A stretch of 40,516 nucleotides of DNA from Neisseriaceae bacterium (GTDB lineage Bacteria; Pseudomonadota; Gammaproteobacteria; Burkholderiales; Neisseriaceae): the NCBI GenBank assembly GCA_017645365.1, contig JAGCOT010000021.1, positions 1 through 40,516 of the forward strand, written 5' to 3'. The translations under genes were made by a program, and so were the position numbers. This document shows positions 20,879-30,016 of this stretch, piece after piece (the first letter of the stretch is position 1; every line of letters begins with the position of its first letter). The notes below the pieces were generated by a model. It searched no databases, was not told where the DNA came from, and saw only the letters and a list, made by a program, of their open reading frames with translations.

Positions 20879-21670
20879 TTAAGATTCTTCGGTAAGACCC
20901 AAAGCGTTGATACTAAAACCGCAATCAACATAGGTAATTTCGCCAGTAACCGCAGATGATAAATCAGATAATAAAAATGCGGCGACATTGCCAATTTCTT
21001 CAATGGTTACATTGCGACCTAATGGATTTTGTTCGGCAGCATATTTCAGCAATTTATTAAAATCTGCAATACCAGATGCGGCAATGGTTTTGACAGGACC
21101 TGCTGAAATACCGTTGCAACGAATGCCATCACGCCCCAATGCTGCGGCTGTAAAGCGAATGGCAGATTCCAACGATGCTTTGGCTAAACCCATCACATTG
21201 TAGTGTGGAATAGCACGCACTGCACCTAAATAAGTTAATGCCAATAAGGCGGCATTGCGACCTTGCATCATGGGACGGGCGGCTTTCGCAAGTGCGGGCA
21301 AACTGTAAGAAGAAACATCATGGGCAACCTGAAAGGCTTCACGAGAAAGATTATCTAAAAAATTCCCCGTGAGTGCTTCACGCGGTGCGAATGCAATGGC
21401 GTGTAATAAGCCATCTAAACCATCCCAATGTTGTTTTAAATCGACAAATAGTTGATTGATGTCGTCATCACTTTGTACATCGCAGCGGAAAACCAATTCT
21501 GAATCAAAATCTTTCGCCATTTTGCGAATACGGTCTTCCAATTTATCAACTACATAAGTAAAAGCCAATTCCGCCCCTTGCTGATGACACGCTTTGGCAA
21601 CGCCATATGCAATGGAACGGTCTGAAATCATGCCTGTAATAAGAATTTTTTTACCTTGCAAAAAGCCCAT
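20879..21670 (-). CDS. fabI: Enoyl-ACP reductase (NADH), FabI
   Basis: 263 aa. N-terminus GKKILITGMISDRSIAYG and the block SYSLPALAKAARPMM, typical of FabI. Confidence 0.9.
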   Translation of the reverse strand: MGFLQGKKILITGMISDRSIAYGVAKACHQQGAELAFTYVVDKLEDRIRKMAKDFDSELVFRCDVQSDDDINQLFVDLKQHWDGLDGLLHAIAFAPREALTGNFLDNLSREAFQVAHDVSSYSLPALAKAARPMMQGRNAALLALTYLGAVRAIPHYNVMGLAKASLESAIRFTAAALGRDGIRCNGISAGPVKTIAASGIADFNKLLKYAAEQNPLGRNVTIEEIGNVAAFLLSDLSSAVTGEITYVDCGFSINALGLTEES

Positions 21671-21829
21671 GAAGTGTTCTCTTTCTTTATTCTGTATTTT
21701 TTGATAAACGCGTTATTATACTTAAATTTCAGCCAAGATAACAGAAGCCAATCACTGAAAAATGTTTAATTTCATGCGGATTATGTCTTACAATAACGCC
21801 CCAATATCCACTATTGTGAGGAGTTGAAC

Positions 21830-22369
21830 ATGAAATATTTTTGGACTTTTTTGGCGACTTGTTTGACACCACTGGCAGCATTGGCGAATCCTCCAATTCC
21901 CACAGCGTTTGCTAATCCTGATACGCAATATCATCGTCCGCCACCTCCACCATCTCATGTTCACAAGCGACCGCTTCCTCCGCCTGTGTATTATCCGCCT
22001 GCACATTATGGTTATAACAATCCCAATGGCTATGGTGGCATCACCATTCGCAATGGCAAAATCAGCGGTGGTTTGATGATTGATTTAGGTGTTAATCGTG
22101 GCTACAACACCGCCTATACACAGGGTTATTATGACGGTTATTACAATAACCGTAATAATGATAAAGTCATCATCATCAACAACGGAAACAGCAGCGATGC
22201 AGCAGGCGAAGATCGCTATGAATGTACGATTAAACTTCGTGGCAACAAATACACTGCACGCGGACATTTTCGCGATACCGCACAAAGTCGTGCGATTGAA
22301 TCCTGTCGTGATGATTATGATGCATCGCAATGTCGTTCTGCGAATATGTCTTGTGAATCAATTTGGTAA
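21830..22369 (+). CDS. Hypothetical secreted protein: Pro-rich, then Tyr/Asn/Gly-rich, then a 4-Cys C-terminal module
   Basis: ATG at 21830 with GGAG 6 nt upstream (the ORF track start at 21824 is a TTG). Signal peptide [19 protein letters not shown]. No family recognised. Confidence 0.55.
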   Translation: MKYFWTFLATCLTPLAALANPPIPTAFANPDTQYHRPPPPPSHVHKRPLPPPVYYPPAHYGYNNPNGYGGITIRNGKISGGLMIDLGVNRGYNTAYTQGYYDGYYNNRNNDKVIIINNGNSSDAAGEDRYECTIKLRGNKYTARGHFRDTAQSRAIESCRDDYDASQCRSANMSCESIW

Positions 22370-22373
22370 TGAT

Positions 22374-23315
22374 ATGGCATTAGAACAGCATTTCAGCCTG
22401 CCTGATTTAGATACCGCTGCTATGCAGCGGTTGGCAGGACCTTTGGATCAACATTTAATCGAACTTGGACAAGCGTTAGAAATTCATATTATTCGCCGTC
22501 ATCATGACTTTTCTCTTTCAGGGAGCCTTGCAGAAGCAGGGGTTGTCGCATTGCAGCAACTGGCACGCATTGCACAAAAAAGAGAAATTACCGCAAACGA
22601 TATTCAATTAAGTGCGGTAGAAGCACGCACCAAAGATCACACACATTCCACTCCAACGCCCACAGGTTTTAAAACGCGGCGTGGGATTTTGCAAGGCAGG
22701 ACGCCCAGACAAGATTCGTATATTCAAGCCTTACTCAAACACGATATTGTTTTTGGATTAGGTCCAGCAGGAACGGGAAAAACTTACTTGGCAGTTGCCG
22801 CAGCCGTTGATGCGATGGAAAGACATCTGATTGAACGCATTGTTTTGGTGCGTCCAGCGGTGGAAGCAGGGGAAAAGTTAGGTTTTTTACCAGGTGATTT
22901 GGCACAAAAAGTCGATCCGTATTTGCGTCCCTTATACGATGCCTTGTTCGATTTAATGGGTTTTGACCGTGTTACCAAATTGTTGGAAAAAGGTTTGATT
23001 GAAATTGCCCCACTGGCATATATGCGTGGTCGCACTTTAAATAATGCTTTTATTATTTTAGATGAAGCCCAAAATACCACACCTGAACAAATGAAAATGT
23101 TTTTAACGCGTATTGGCTTTGGGGCGAAAGCAGTGATTACAGGCGACATCAGTCAAATTGATTTACCAAGACACATCAAAAGCGGATTAAAAGATGCACG
23201 AGAAAAGTTGCACGATATTGATGGAATTTATTTCCATGTATTCACTTCCTCCGATGTGGTGCGACATCCTTTGGTGCAAAAAATTGTTGATGCATATGAC
23301 GCTGTTGAATCTTAA
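22374..23315 (+). CDS. phoH: PhoH-like ATPase (YbeZ family)
   Basis: 313 aa from ATG 22374. Walker [13 protein letters not shown] and the block [10 protein letters not shown]. The 22089 start in the ORF track overlaps the preceding gene and is rejected. Confidence 0.85.
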   Translation: MALEQHFSLPDLDTAAMQRLAGPLDQHLIELGQALEIHIIRRHHDFSLSGSLAEAGVVALQQLARIAQKREITANDIQLSAVEARTKDHTHSTPTPTGFKTRRGILQGRTPRQDSYIQALLKHDIVFGLGPAGTGKTYLAVAAAVDAMERHLIERIVLVRPAVEAGEKLGFLPGDLAQKVDPYLRPLYDALFDLMGFDRVTKLLEKGLIEIAPLAYMRGRTLNNAFIILDEAQNTTPEQMKMFLTRIGFGAKAVITGDISQIDLPRHIKSGLKDAREKLHDIDGIYFHVFTSSDVVRHPLVQKIVDAYDAVES

Positions 23316-23324
23316 TGTTATTTT

Positions 23325-23386
23325 AACAGGCAGGCTGAAAAATGATTCATATAGGAAATGCTATTGATTTTTTCAGCCTGCCTGTT
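23325..23386. repeat. 18-bp perfect inverted repeat built from the DUS variant AGGCAGGCTGAA
   Basis: AACAGGCAGGCTGAAAAA (23325-23342) and TTTTTCAGCCTGCCTGTT (23369-23386), with a 26-nt loop. Lies between the convergent phoH and pheT. Confidence 0.8.
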
Positions 23387-23573
23387 TTATGGACCATGCA
23401 CCCTGAAAGCCTCTGAAAAACTGGCAGATATGAGTACAGAGTGAAAGCATGCCCTTGCAAAACAGGGTGAGTTGGTGGGTCGAAGACCCACCCTACGGCG
23501 TTTTGTTTTCAATTAAGCGGAGCAGGGTTTGCTCTTATCTTCTTGCCGTGAAATAGATGCAGTTGCAGGCTTT

Positions 23574-25928
23574 TTAACTACGCAATACAGCACCGATACT
23601 TTGGGCAGCCTGAATCATTTGTGCCATAACAGCATCAGTTTCCTCGGTTTGCAAGGTTTTTTCAAAACTTTGCAACATAATGCGTACCGCAATGCTTTTG
23701 TGATTTTCAGGCAGCCCTTTGCCTCGATACACATCAAAAATGGCAATTTCTTGAATATCAGAATGTTTGACCGTTTTCAGCGTATTGAGCAAATCGTATG
23801 CACGAACACTTTCAGGCATGATAAATGCTAAATCACGGCGTACAGCTGGAAATTTGGAAATTTCCTGATACTGCGTTTTGTCTTTTTGCATGATGGCTGA
23901 TAAATCAATTTCTGCCACAATCGGTGCATGGGTAAGGTCGTATTTTTGCACCCATTGCGGATGCAACTCCCCAATAACCCCAACGATTTTTTGATGATGC
24001 ACAATATGGGCGGTGCGTCCAGGATGCAGAGCAGGGTGGCAGGCAGCCTGAAAAATAACATCTGCTGGCAATAAGGATTGTATGTCTGATTTAACATCAT
24101 AAAAATCCACTCGGCGTGATGGTTCGCCCCATTGTTCTGGCTGTGCAAAACCATGTGCTAACAATGCAAGTTTTTGATTTTGAATAAAATTTTCTCCATC
24201 ACGCACAAAAACTCGGGCGATTTCAAAAATGCGTACTCGTGTTTGTTTGCGATTTAAATTAGCTTGCAAGGTATTGACCAAACCGCCAATTAAAGTAGAA
24301 CGCATCACACTCATTTGCGATGCAATCGGATTTTGCAAACGAATGGCTTGATGATTGTCGGCAAAATCATGTTCCCAAGCCTCATCAACAAAAGCATAGT
24401 TAATCACTTCGTGATAACCACGCTGAGCAACGCGTTGGAAAACTTGCGATAAAGGATAAGCGGTTTCAGGCTGCCTGATGATGCTTAATGAACCATGAGG
24501 TGTGCGGTCTGGAATTTTGTCGTAACCATAAACACGCACAATTTCTTCAATGATGTCGGCTTCTATTGCCAAGTCAAAGCGAAAACTGGGGACGGTAACG
24601 CTAAATCCGTCCTCGATGGCTTGGGGTTGCAAATCCAAATCATGCAGAATATTTTCAATTTCTTTTGTTTCTGGACAAAAGCCTAATAATTGTTTGATGC
24701 GTGTCAAACGCAAGTGGATAGTAGTAGTTTCGGGCAATATGCCTATGGCTTGGTTAATTTGACCACAACGCCCACCGCATAAACCTATAATCAAAGCGGA
24801 AGCACGCTCAATCGCTGTTTCTTGCAGTTGATAATCTACGCCTCTTTCAAAACGGAAAGATGAATCTGAACCAAAACCATATTGACGCGATTTACCAGCA
24901 ATGGTGTTAGGATAGAAAAAGGCTGATTCTAATAAGATGTTTTGTGTTGCATCACTTACTGCGGAGGACTCTCCGCCCATTACCCCTGCAATACTCAAAG
25001 CTTGTTTATCGTCTGCAATCACCAGTGTGTTGTCGGATAAAGTAACGGTTTTGCCATTTAAACAGGTTAAAGTTTCCCCAGCAACGGCACGACGAGCATT
25101 CAGGCTGCCTGAAAGTTTGTCTAAATCAAACACATGCATGGGCTGACCTAATTCCAACATCACATAATTGCCAATATCAACCAAAATGCTTACCGAACGA
25201 ATGCCACTGCGTTCAATGCGTTGGCGTATCCATTGAGGTGTAGGGCAGGTGGCGTCAACGCCTTCAATCACACGAGTGAGTAAACGCCCACAATCTTGTG
25301 GCGATTGAATGTTGGTTGCAAACGAATGTTCCACAGAAACAGGAACTTTGGGAACAGATAAAGGAGTGGCATCGCAGTGGGTCAGGGCTTTTACTTCGCG
25401 TGCAATGCCTTGAATACTCAAACAATCTGCACGATTCGGCGTGATTTTGAGTGTGAATAAAGTATCGTCTAAATCTAAATAATCACGAATATTTTGTCCA
25501 ACAGGAGCATCGTCAGGCAAAATCAACAAGCCTGATGCTTCTTCGGCGATGCCTAATTCTTTTGCAGAACACAGCATTCCATTGGATTGCTGTCCACGCA
25601 TTTTGGTTGGCTTGATTTTAAAATTTCCTGGCAAAATGGCACCAGACAAAGCACAAGGAACTTTCACTCCTGCTCGAACATTGGGTGCTCCGCATACAAT
25701 TTGCAAAAGTTCGCCTGTGCCTGCATCTACTTGTGTAACATTTAAGCGGTCGGCGTCGGGGTGTTTTTCGACTGATTTAACCTGTGCAATCACCACGCCA
25801 GAAAAGGCTGGGGTGGCAGTGTTTTGTTCTTCTACTTCCAATCCAGACATGGTGAGTAAGTGTGCCAATTCGTCTGCGGAAAGTTGTGGATTTGCCCAAG
25901 TTTTGAGCCAAGAATATGAAAATTGCAT
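23574..25928 (-). CDS. pheT: Phenylalanine--tRNA ligase beta subunit
   Basis: 784 aa. N-terminus MQFSYSWLK and a tRNA-binding domain. Length and blocks are typical of PheT. Confidence 0.92.
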   Translation of the reverse strand: MQFSYSWLKTWANPQLSADELAHLLTMSGLEVEEQNTATPAFSGVVIAQVKSVEKHPDADRLNVTQVDAGTGELLQIVCGAPNVRAGVKVPCALSGAILPGNFKIKPTKMRGQQSNGMLCSAKELGIAEEASGLLILPDDAPVGQNIRDYLDLDDTLFTLKITPNRADCLSIQGIAREVKALTHCDATPLSVPKVPVSVEHSFATNIQSPQDCGRLLTRVIEGVDATCPTPQWIRQRIERSGIRSVSILVDIGNYVMLELGQPMHVFDLDKLSGSLNARRAVAGETLTCLNGKTVTLSDNTLVIADDKQALSIAGVMGGESSAVSDATQNILLESAFFYPNTIAGKSRQYGFGSDSSFRFERGVDYQLQETAIERASALIIGLCGGRCGQINQAIGILPETTTIHLRLTRIKQLLGFCPETKEIENILHDLDLQPQAIEDGFSVTVPSFRFDLAIEADIIEEIVRVYGYDKIPDRTPHGSLSIIRQPETAYPLSQVFQRVAQRGYHEVINYAFVDEAWEHDFADNHQAIRLQNPIASQMSVMRSTLIGGLVNTLQANLNRKQTRVRIFEIARVFVRDGENFIQNQKLALLAHGFAQPEQWGEPSRRVDFYDVKSDIQSLLPADVIFQAACHPALHPGRTAHIVHHQKIVGVIGELHPQWVQKYDLTHAPIVAEIDLSAIMQKDKTQYQEISKFPAVRRDLAFIMPESVRAYDLLNTLKTVKHSDIQEIAIFDVYRGKGLPENHKSIAVRIMLQSFEKTLQTEETDAVMAQMIQAAQSIGAVLRS

Positions 25929-26050
25929 ATGATGAAACCGTTAAGAATTTTGTTCAAAAAATGATACTCAATAAATCTCATGAGTTGCCTGAAAAAACCT
26001 TGAATTTTACCTTTATACAGGCAGTGATTCAATCTATTTTATTGATAAAA

Positions 26051-26078
26051 AAACTTCCTGAAATTTTTCAGGAAGTTT
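26051..26078 (-). terminator. Hairpin terminator after the 128-aa orphan gene
   Basis: AAACTTCCTGAAATTTTTCAGGAAGTTT: 12-bp arms. Confidence 0.65.
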
Positions 26079-26103
26079 CAATATCCTTATAAAGGAGTGC
26101 GAA

Positions 26104-26490
26104 TTAGATAAGTACAGTACCGCGTTGAACGATGCTGTCGAGAATCATCACGGCGTGTTTTTGGAAACTGTATTCATGGAAAATTTTGTTTTGAAACATG
26201 GCAGTGTTACCTGTTTTGGTAACTTCTGACCATAATTGCACGGTGTTGCCCGTTTGACCAAAAATCCACAAACGGTTGTCTTGGTCGTGATTGTTGCGTA
26301 AATCTTCTGGGGATAATGTTAATTGATTGTACCCTGCGATGTTGATGCTTTCGAAACCTGTCATGCCTGATAAGGAGATGTCTTTACCAGAATTAGGAAC
26401 CAATTTTTCAACCACTTCGGTTTGTTTGACTTGCTCAACAGGTGTATTGTTTTTGTTGATGATGTTGTTTAAACGCTCCAGAAATTTCAT
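26104..26490 (-). CDS. Hypothetical 128-aa protein (no recognised family)
   Basis: ATG preceded by AGGAG. Has its own upstream terminator and own downstream hairpin. No signal peptide or TM segment. Confidence 0.55.
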   Translation of the reverse strand: MKFLERLNNIINKNNTPVEQVKQTEVVEKLVPNSGKDISLSGMTGFESINIAGYNQLTLSPEDLRNNHDQDNRLWIFGQTGNTVQLWSEVTKTGNTAMFQNKIFHEYSFQKHAVMILDSIVQRGTVLI

Positions 26491-26732
26491 AAAATCACTC
26501 CTAAATTCAATGTTGTTGTTGATGTTGATGAGTTACTTTGATGACTCTATTGTTGCGTAAAATGCACATGAAATAAAGGCAACCTGAAAAAATCGCCTAT
26601 TTTTTTCTGATTTTGTTGTGTTTTTGTAACAAATTTTTTCAGGCTGCCTGATGGCAAAGATTGAATAAAGGTAAGATGGATAGACAAAAAGCATTCAAAC
26701 GCATCATTTAAAGCGTTCAGGCAAGCTGAAAC

Positions 26733-27845
26733 TTATTTACGATACAAAAGACGAATGAGTTGAATGAGCTTGAGCCAAGGATTTTTTGATGATTTAACAA
26801 AATGAAGCAACTGGGAAATTTGAACAATACGCTTATCCCATAAGCGTTGTTTTTTTGTTTTTGAAACCGATGTTTCTTTTTGTTTTTTGATGATGTCGAT
26901 AACAGTCAAAATATCCGTATGCTGTCCTGATGTGTCGACATAGGTAGGATACAAAATCAAAGCCCCTGCAATCAATTCGTGTAAGGTGAGTTTGCGTGTG
27001 TGGCGTGGAATGGGAATATAATCAGAGGTCAGTCCCCAGTTGGAATACCAAGGTCTACCATAACAAACGACTTTTTTTCCATGCAATAGGGCTTCAAAAC
27101 CTGATGTAGAAGTCATGGTATGAAGTTCATCAATATCAGGAAAAATGGCGTTGATGTTGGTGTTTTCGACAATTAAATCTGCCAGTTGTACGGCATCGTC
27201 TTGAATTTTACCCATTCGTTCTTGAAACAAAACATCGGGATGGATTTTGTAAATAATAAATGCATCAGGATTGTTTTGACGAACGGTTTCTAAAAGTTTT
27301 TGATTAGTAAAAATATGTTCTGTTCCATATCGTATGGACTTGTCGTCTTCCACTTGCCCAACAATCAAAATAACGGTTTTTCCTGCTGCCTGTTTGGGCA
27401 GGCTGAAAGAATCATTGCCAATATTGTATTTATTGATGTTGTTTTCCAGAAGTGCTTGATGAACTTGTTGTGCCAAAGCAATTTCATCAGGAGTGAAAAC
27501 ATGATGTTCTAAAATGTTTTCTAAATGCGAAGGACGAGTGGTATCAAAATAGATGCCTACTGGGTCTAAATTTAATGACAGTGGAAATGTTAAATGTGCT
27601 CCTAATCCGCAAGAACGAATAAAACCATCTTCCACCTGCCAAATGGGAATATGATGCTTATCGGCAAAGGTCTCAATTTCAGGAGACGGAAGACCAAAAA
27701 CCAATATTTGTGTATCATCAGTTGCAGGTAAAGGAATATCTTGCACAGAAGAAACAACATGAATATGGGTATTTGGTCGATCCAAATAGGGAAAGAGCAT
27801 AAACCGTTTCCAGCGTTGCATCTGGATCAGATAGATATGCCCCAT
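26733..27845 (-). CDS. Stand-alone protein resembling the KpsC/LipA C-terminal half; putative beta-Kdo glycosyltransferase (Capsule_synth family)
   Basis: 370 aa from ATG 27843-27845, which overlaps the upstream stop (TAATG). Motifs WQVEDGFIRSCGLG, GIYFDTTRPSHLENIL, NKYN, GQVEDDKSI, YKIHPDV, HTMTSTSGFEALLHGK, WGLT, RKLTLHELIAGALILYPTY. It aligns along its length with the second domain of E. coli KpsC as I recall it. Confidence 0.7.
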   Translation of the reverse strand: MGHIYLIQMQRWKRFMLFPYLDRPNTHIHVVSSVQDIPLPATDDTQILVFGLPSPEIETFADKHHIPIWQVEDGFIRSCGLGAHLTFPLSLNLDPVGIYFDTTRPSHLENILEHHVFTPDEIALAQQVHQALLENNINKYNIGNDSFSLPKQAAGKTVILIVGQVEDDKSIRYGTEHIFTNQKLLETVRQNNPDAFIIYKIHPDVLFQERMGKIQDDAVQLADLIVENTNINAIFPDIDELHTMTSTSGFEALLHGKKVVCYGRPWYSNWGLTSDYIPIPRHTRKLTLHELIAGALILYPTYVDTSGQHTDILTVIDIIKKQKETSVSKTKKQRLWDKRIVQISQLLHFVKSSKNPWLKLIQLIRLLYRK

Positions 27846-30013
27846 TATTTTAGCCCGAGATAACGATTGCATAAAACAGTATATTCCTCTAGGGTGTAAT
27901 AGTGTTTTTCCCAAACAAGTGAAATATCTAAAATTTGTCCAGCAGTAACGGGAATACTGTGTTTGATGGGTTTATCATGACTTGCGGCGGTGGTTTCTGA
28001 AATAATTCTCTGACCATTGAAATCAAACTTTGTAACATCTACAAAGTAATGAATACGCTTGTTTTCTATATCTTTAACATCTTGTGTCCGTAACCAAATT
28101 TGCAATTCACCATCGTGAACGCATTTCACCTTGATGTTTAAAGTATTTTTATCAGCATGAATGACATAGCCCTGCCCATTTTTTTGAAACCATTTAGGCT
28201 GTTGAATATCTGCTTTGAAACGATCTGGAATCACGATTTTAAGATCATTATCAGGATTAGATTCGCTGAAATTTTTGATATCTAATCTGATTTTGGACAG
28301 CAATGTATTTAAAAACTCATTTTCACCTGCATGCATCCCTTTGTTATCTTCTGGCTTGTATGATGAGTCTAAATCTGTCAATTCAGCAAAAAAATCACCA
28401 TGATTTTGTCTTTTAAGCAAGGCGTTGGTGTAATAAGTTGCCAAGATGGGAGTAATTTTTTTCTCTGGATGATATTTGATGAAATTTCGATGTTTTAAGG
28501 CATCCAAATAGATATTCTCTGGGAATAGTTGTACAAAATCATCGAAAAGTTTCGTGGAAAGAAAAGCTCTTGTCCATAAATTGACGAATTGTTGGTAATT
28601 GGCACGAGTGCTACTAGGGTTATCAGGAATGGTTTTTTCTGAATAAGCACTCTGAAAATTATCAGTGGATGGTTCTGTTGCCACAAATGGATATTTTTTA
28701 CTGATTTGACGAGCATACGCCAAAATTTCAGGGTCAATAAATCGACCTGAATCAAATTTAAATTTCAATAAATCAGGACAATAGCGCTCAAAAATGACAG
28801 ACATAATCAAATCACGCTTTTGAGTTTTGCAGCCATTTAAATTGAGTTTTGCCAAAGCAGTGTCCAAGAGTGGTGCCATAGTAAAAATATTCAAGCAAGA
28901 TTTTTCTGCCATATCTTTACCAAAATGATTACGACAACGAGTTTCTTGATAAAAGGCATTTACTGCTTCTGGTGAAGTTGTGTCATCGATATGATATTTT
29001 TCACAAGCAGCCTGAAAAGCGGTGTTTAAAATTTTGTTTACTGAAGATTCAAAATTGATTCCCAGTGTTTTGTTTTGACGATTGATATCAGCGATGAATT
29101 GTTTGGGCGAAACCTCCCAGTGAGAACGCAAAGCTTCACCACCATTGCCTGTAAAAGCAAATAAAGGAGTTTTATGCGACTGGTTTCTAAAATAAATTTC
29201 GGTACAAAATCCCAAGCGGATGTAAGAACTTAAATTGACAAATTCTTCTGTTGATAATGGGTGAGCATCTTGATTGTAAGATGGGTTGTTCAAATGAGCA
29301 TGATAAAAATTGGCAATTTCTGTGGCGATTTCAAAATCTTCGATATGCGTGTGAAGACCGTCAGTATTAGAACGAATATGAAGACGAGACATATCAATGC
29401 CCGATTTCACAAACAATAAAAACACCATACGAGAATCCATGCCACCTGATAAATCAACAGTCAGTTTGTTGGTTTTGCTTGCTAAATAGCGGATAATGCT
29501 TGTCCATTTATAAAACCAAGCATCTAAAATCTGCATGCCTTCTGCACTGTTAAGTGATACCGAATTAGGCTGATAATCAATGGTCTTAATATTCAGGTTG
29601 CCTGTTTTACAATCAATATGAAGTTGAGTATCTTTGGGCAGACTACGAATTTCTTTTACCATTGTTTCAGAATAAGCCAAACTAGCCAAACCTGATAAAA
29701 AATACGCCTTAATATAATCTTCATCTAACGATAGACTAACTTTGTCTTTAAGATACTCAATGAGCAAAGTCAATGAGTTGGAAATAGCAAAATAATCGTC
29801 TTTTTGATAGAGATATATTCCAAAAGAGCCTGTTGAATCTTGTGAAACAGTGATTTTGCCATTCTGCACATCAACCAAACAATACGCCCCATCTAAATGG
29901 GGTGCTGAATCATTTTCATTGGAAATATTGCTTTTGACACAATAGCCATACACTTGTGATTGAACTTTGTCTAAATGTTGGCTATCAATAATAAAAAAGT
30001 TATTTTTCATCAT
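27845..30013 (-). CDS. Asparagine-synthetase-B-like PP-loop (adenylating) enzyme lacking the N-terminal Cys nucleophile, with an unassigned C-terminal region of roughly 250 aa
   Basis: 722 aa. AsnB-like N-terminal half (GAYCLVDVQNGKITVSQDSTGSFGIYLY...YFAISNSLTLL) and PP-loop DLSGGMDSR. The N-terminus is MMKNNF (no Cys2). The start lies 3 nt after the permease stop. Confidence 0.65.
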   Translation of the reverse strand: MMKNNFFIIDSQHLDKVQSQVYGYCVKSNISNENDSAPHLDGAYCLVDVQNGKITVSQDSTGSFGIYLYQKDDYFAISNSLTLLIEYLKDKVSLSLDEDYIKAYFLSGLASLAYSETMVKEIRSLPKDTQLHIDCKTGNLNIKTIDYQPNSVSLNSAEGMQILDAWFYKWTSIIRYLASKTNKLTVDLSGGMDSRMVFLLFVKSGIDMSRLHIRSNTDGLHTHIEDFEIATEIANFYHAHLNNPSYNQDAHPLSTEEFVNLSSYIRLGFCTEIYFRNQSHKTPLFAFTGNGGEALRSHWEVSPKQFIADINRQNKTLGINFESSVNKILNTAFQAACEKYHIDDTTSPEAVNAFYQETRCRNHFGKDMAEKSCLNIFTMAPLLDTALAKLNLNGCKTQKRDLIMSVIFERYCPDLLKFKFDSGRFIDPEILAYARQISKKYPFVATEPSTDNFQSAYSEKTIPDNPSSTRANYQQFVNLWTRAFLSTKLFDDFVQLFPENIYLDALKHRNFIKYHPEKKITPILATYYTNALLKRQNHGDFFAELTDLDSSYKPEDNKGMHAGENEFLNTLLSKIRLDIKNFSESNPDNDLKIVIPDRFKADIQQPKWFQKNGQGYVIHADKNTLNIKVKCVHDGELQIWLRTQDVKDIENKRIHYFVDVTKFDFNGQRIISETTAASHDKPIKHSIPVTAGQILDISLVWEKHYYTLEEYTVLCNRYLGLK

Positions 30014-30016
30014 GTT

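Noticed and set aside
22089-22373. Long N-terminal extension of phoH (ORF 22089..23315).
   Set aside because: The extension overlaps the preceding secreted-protein gene in another frame and has no homology to PhoH. PhoH similarity begins at the ATG at 22374.
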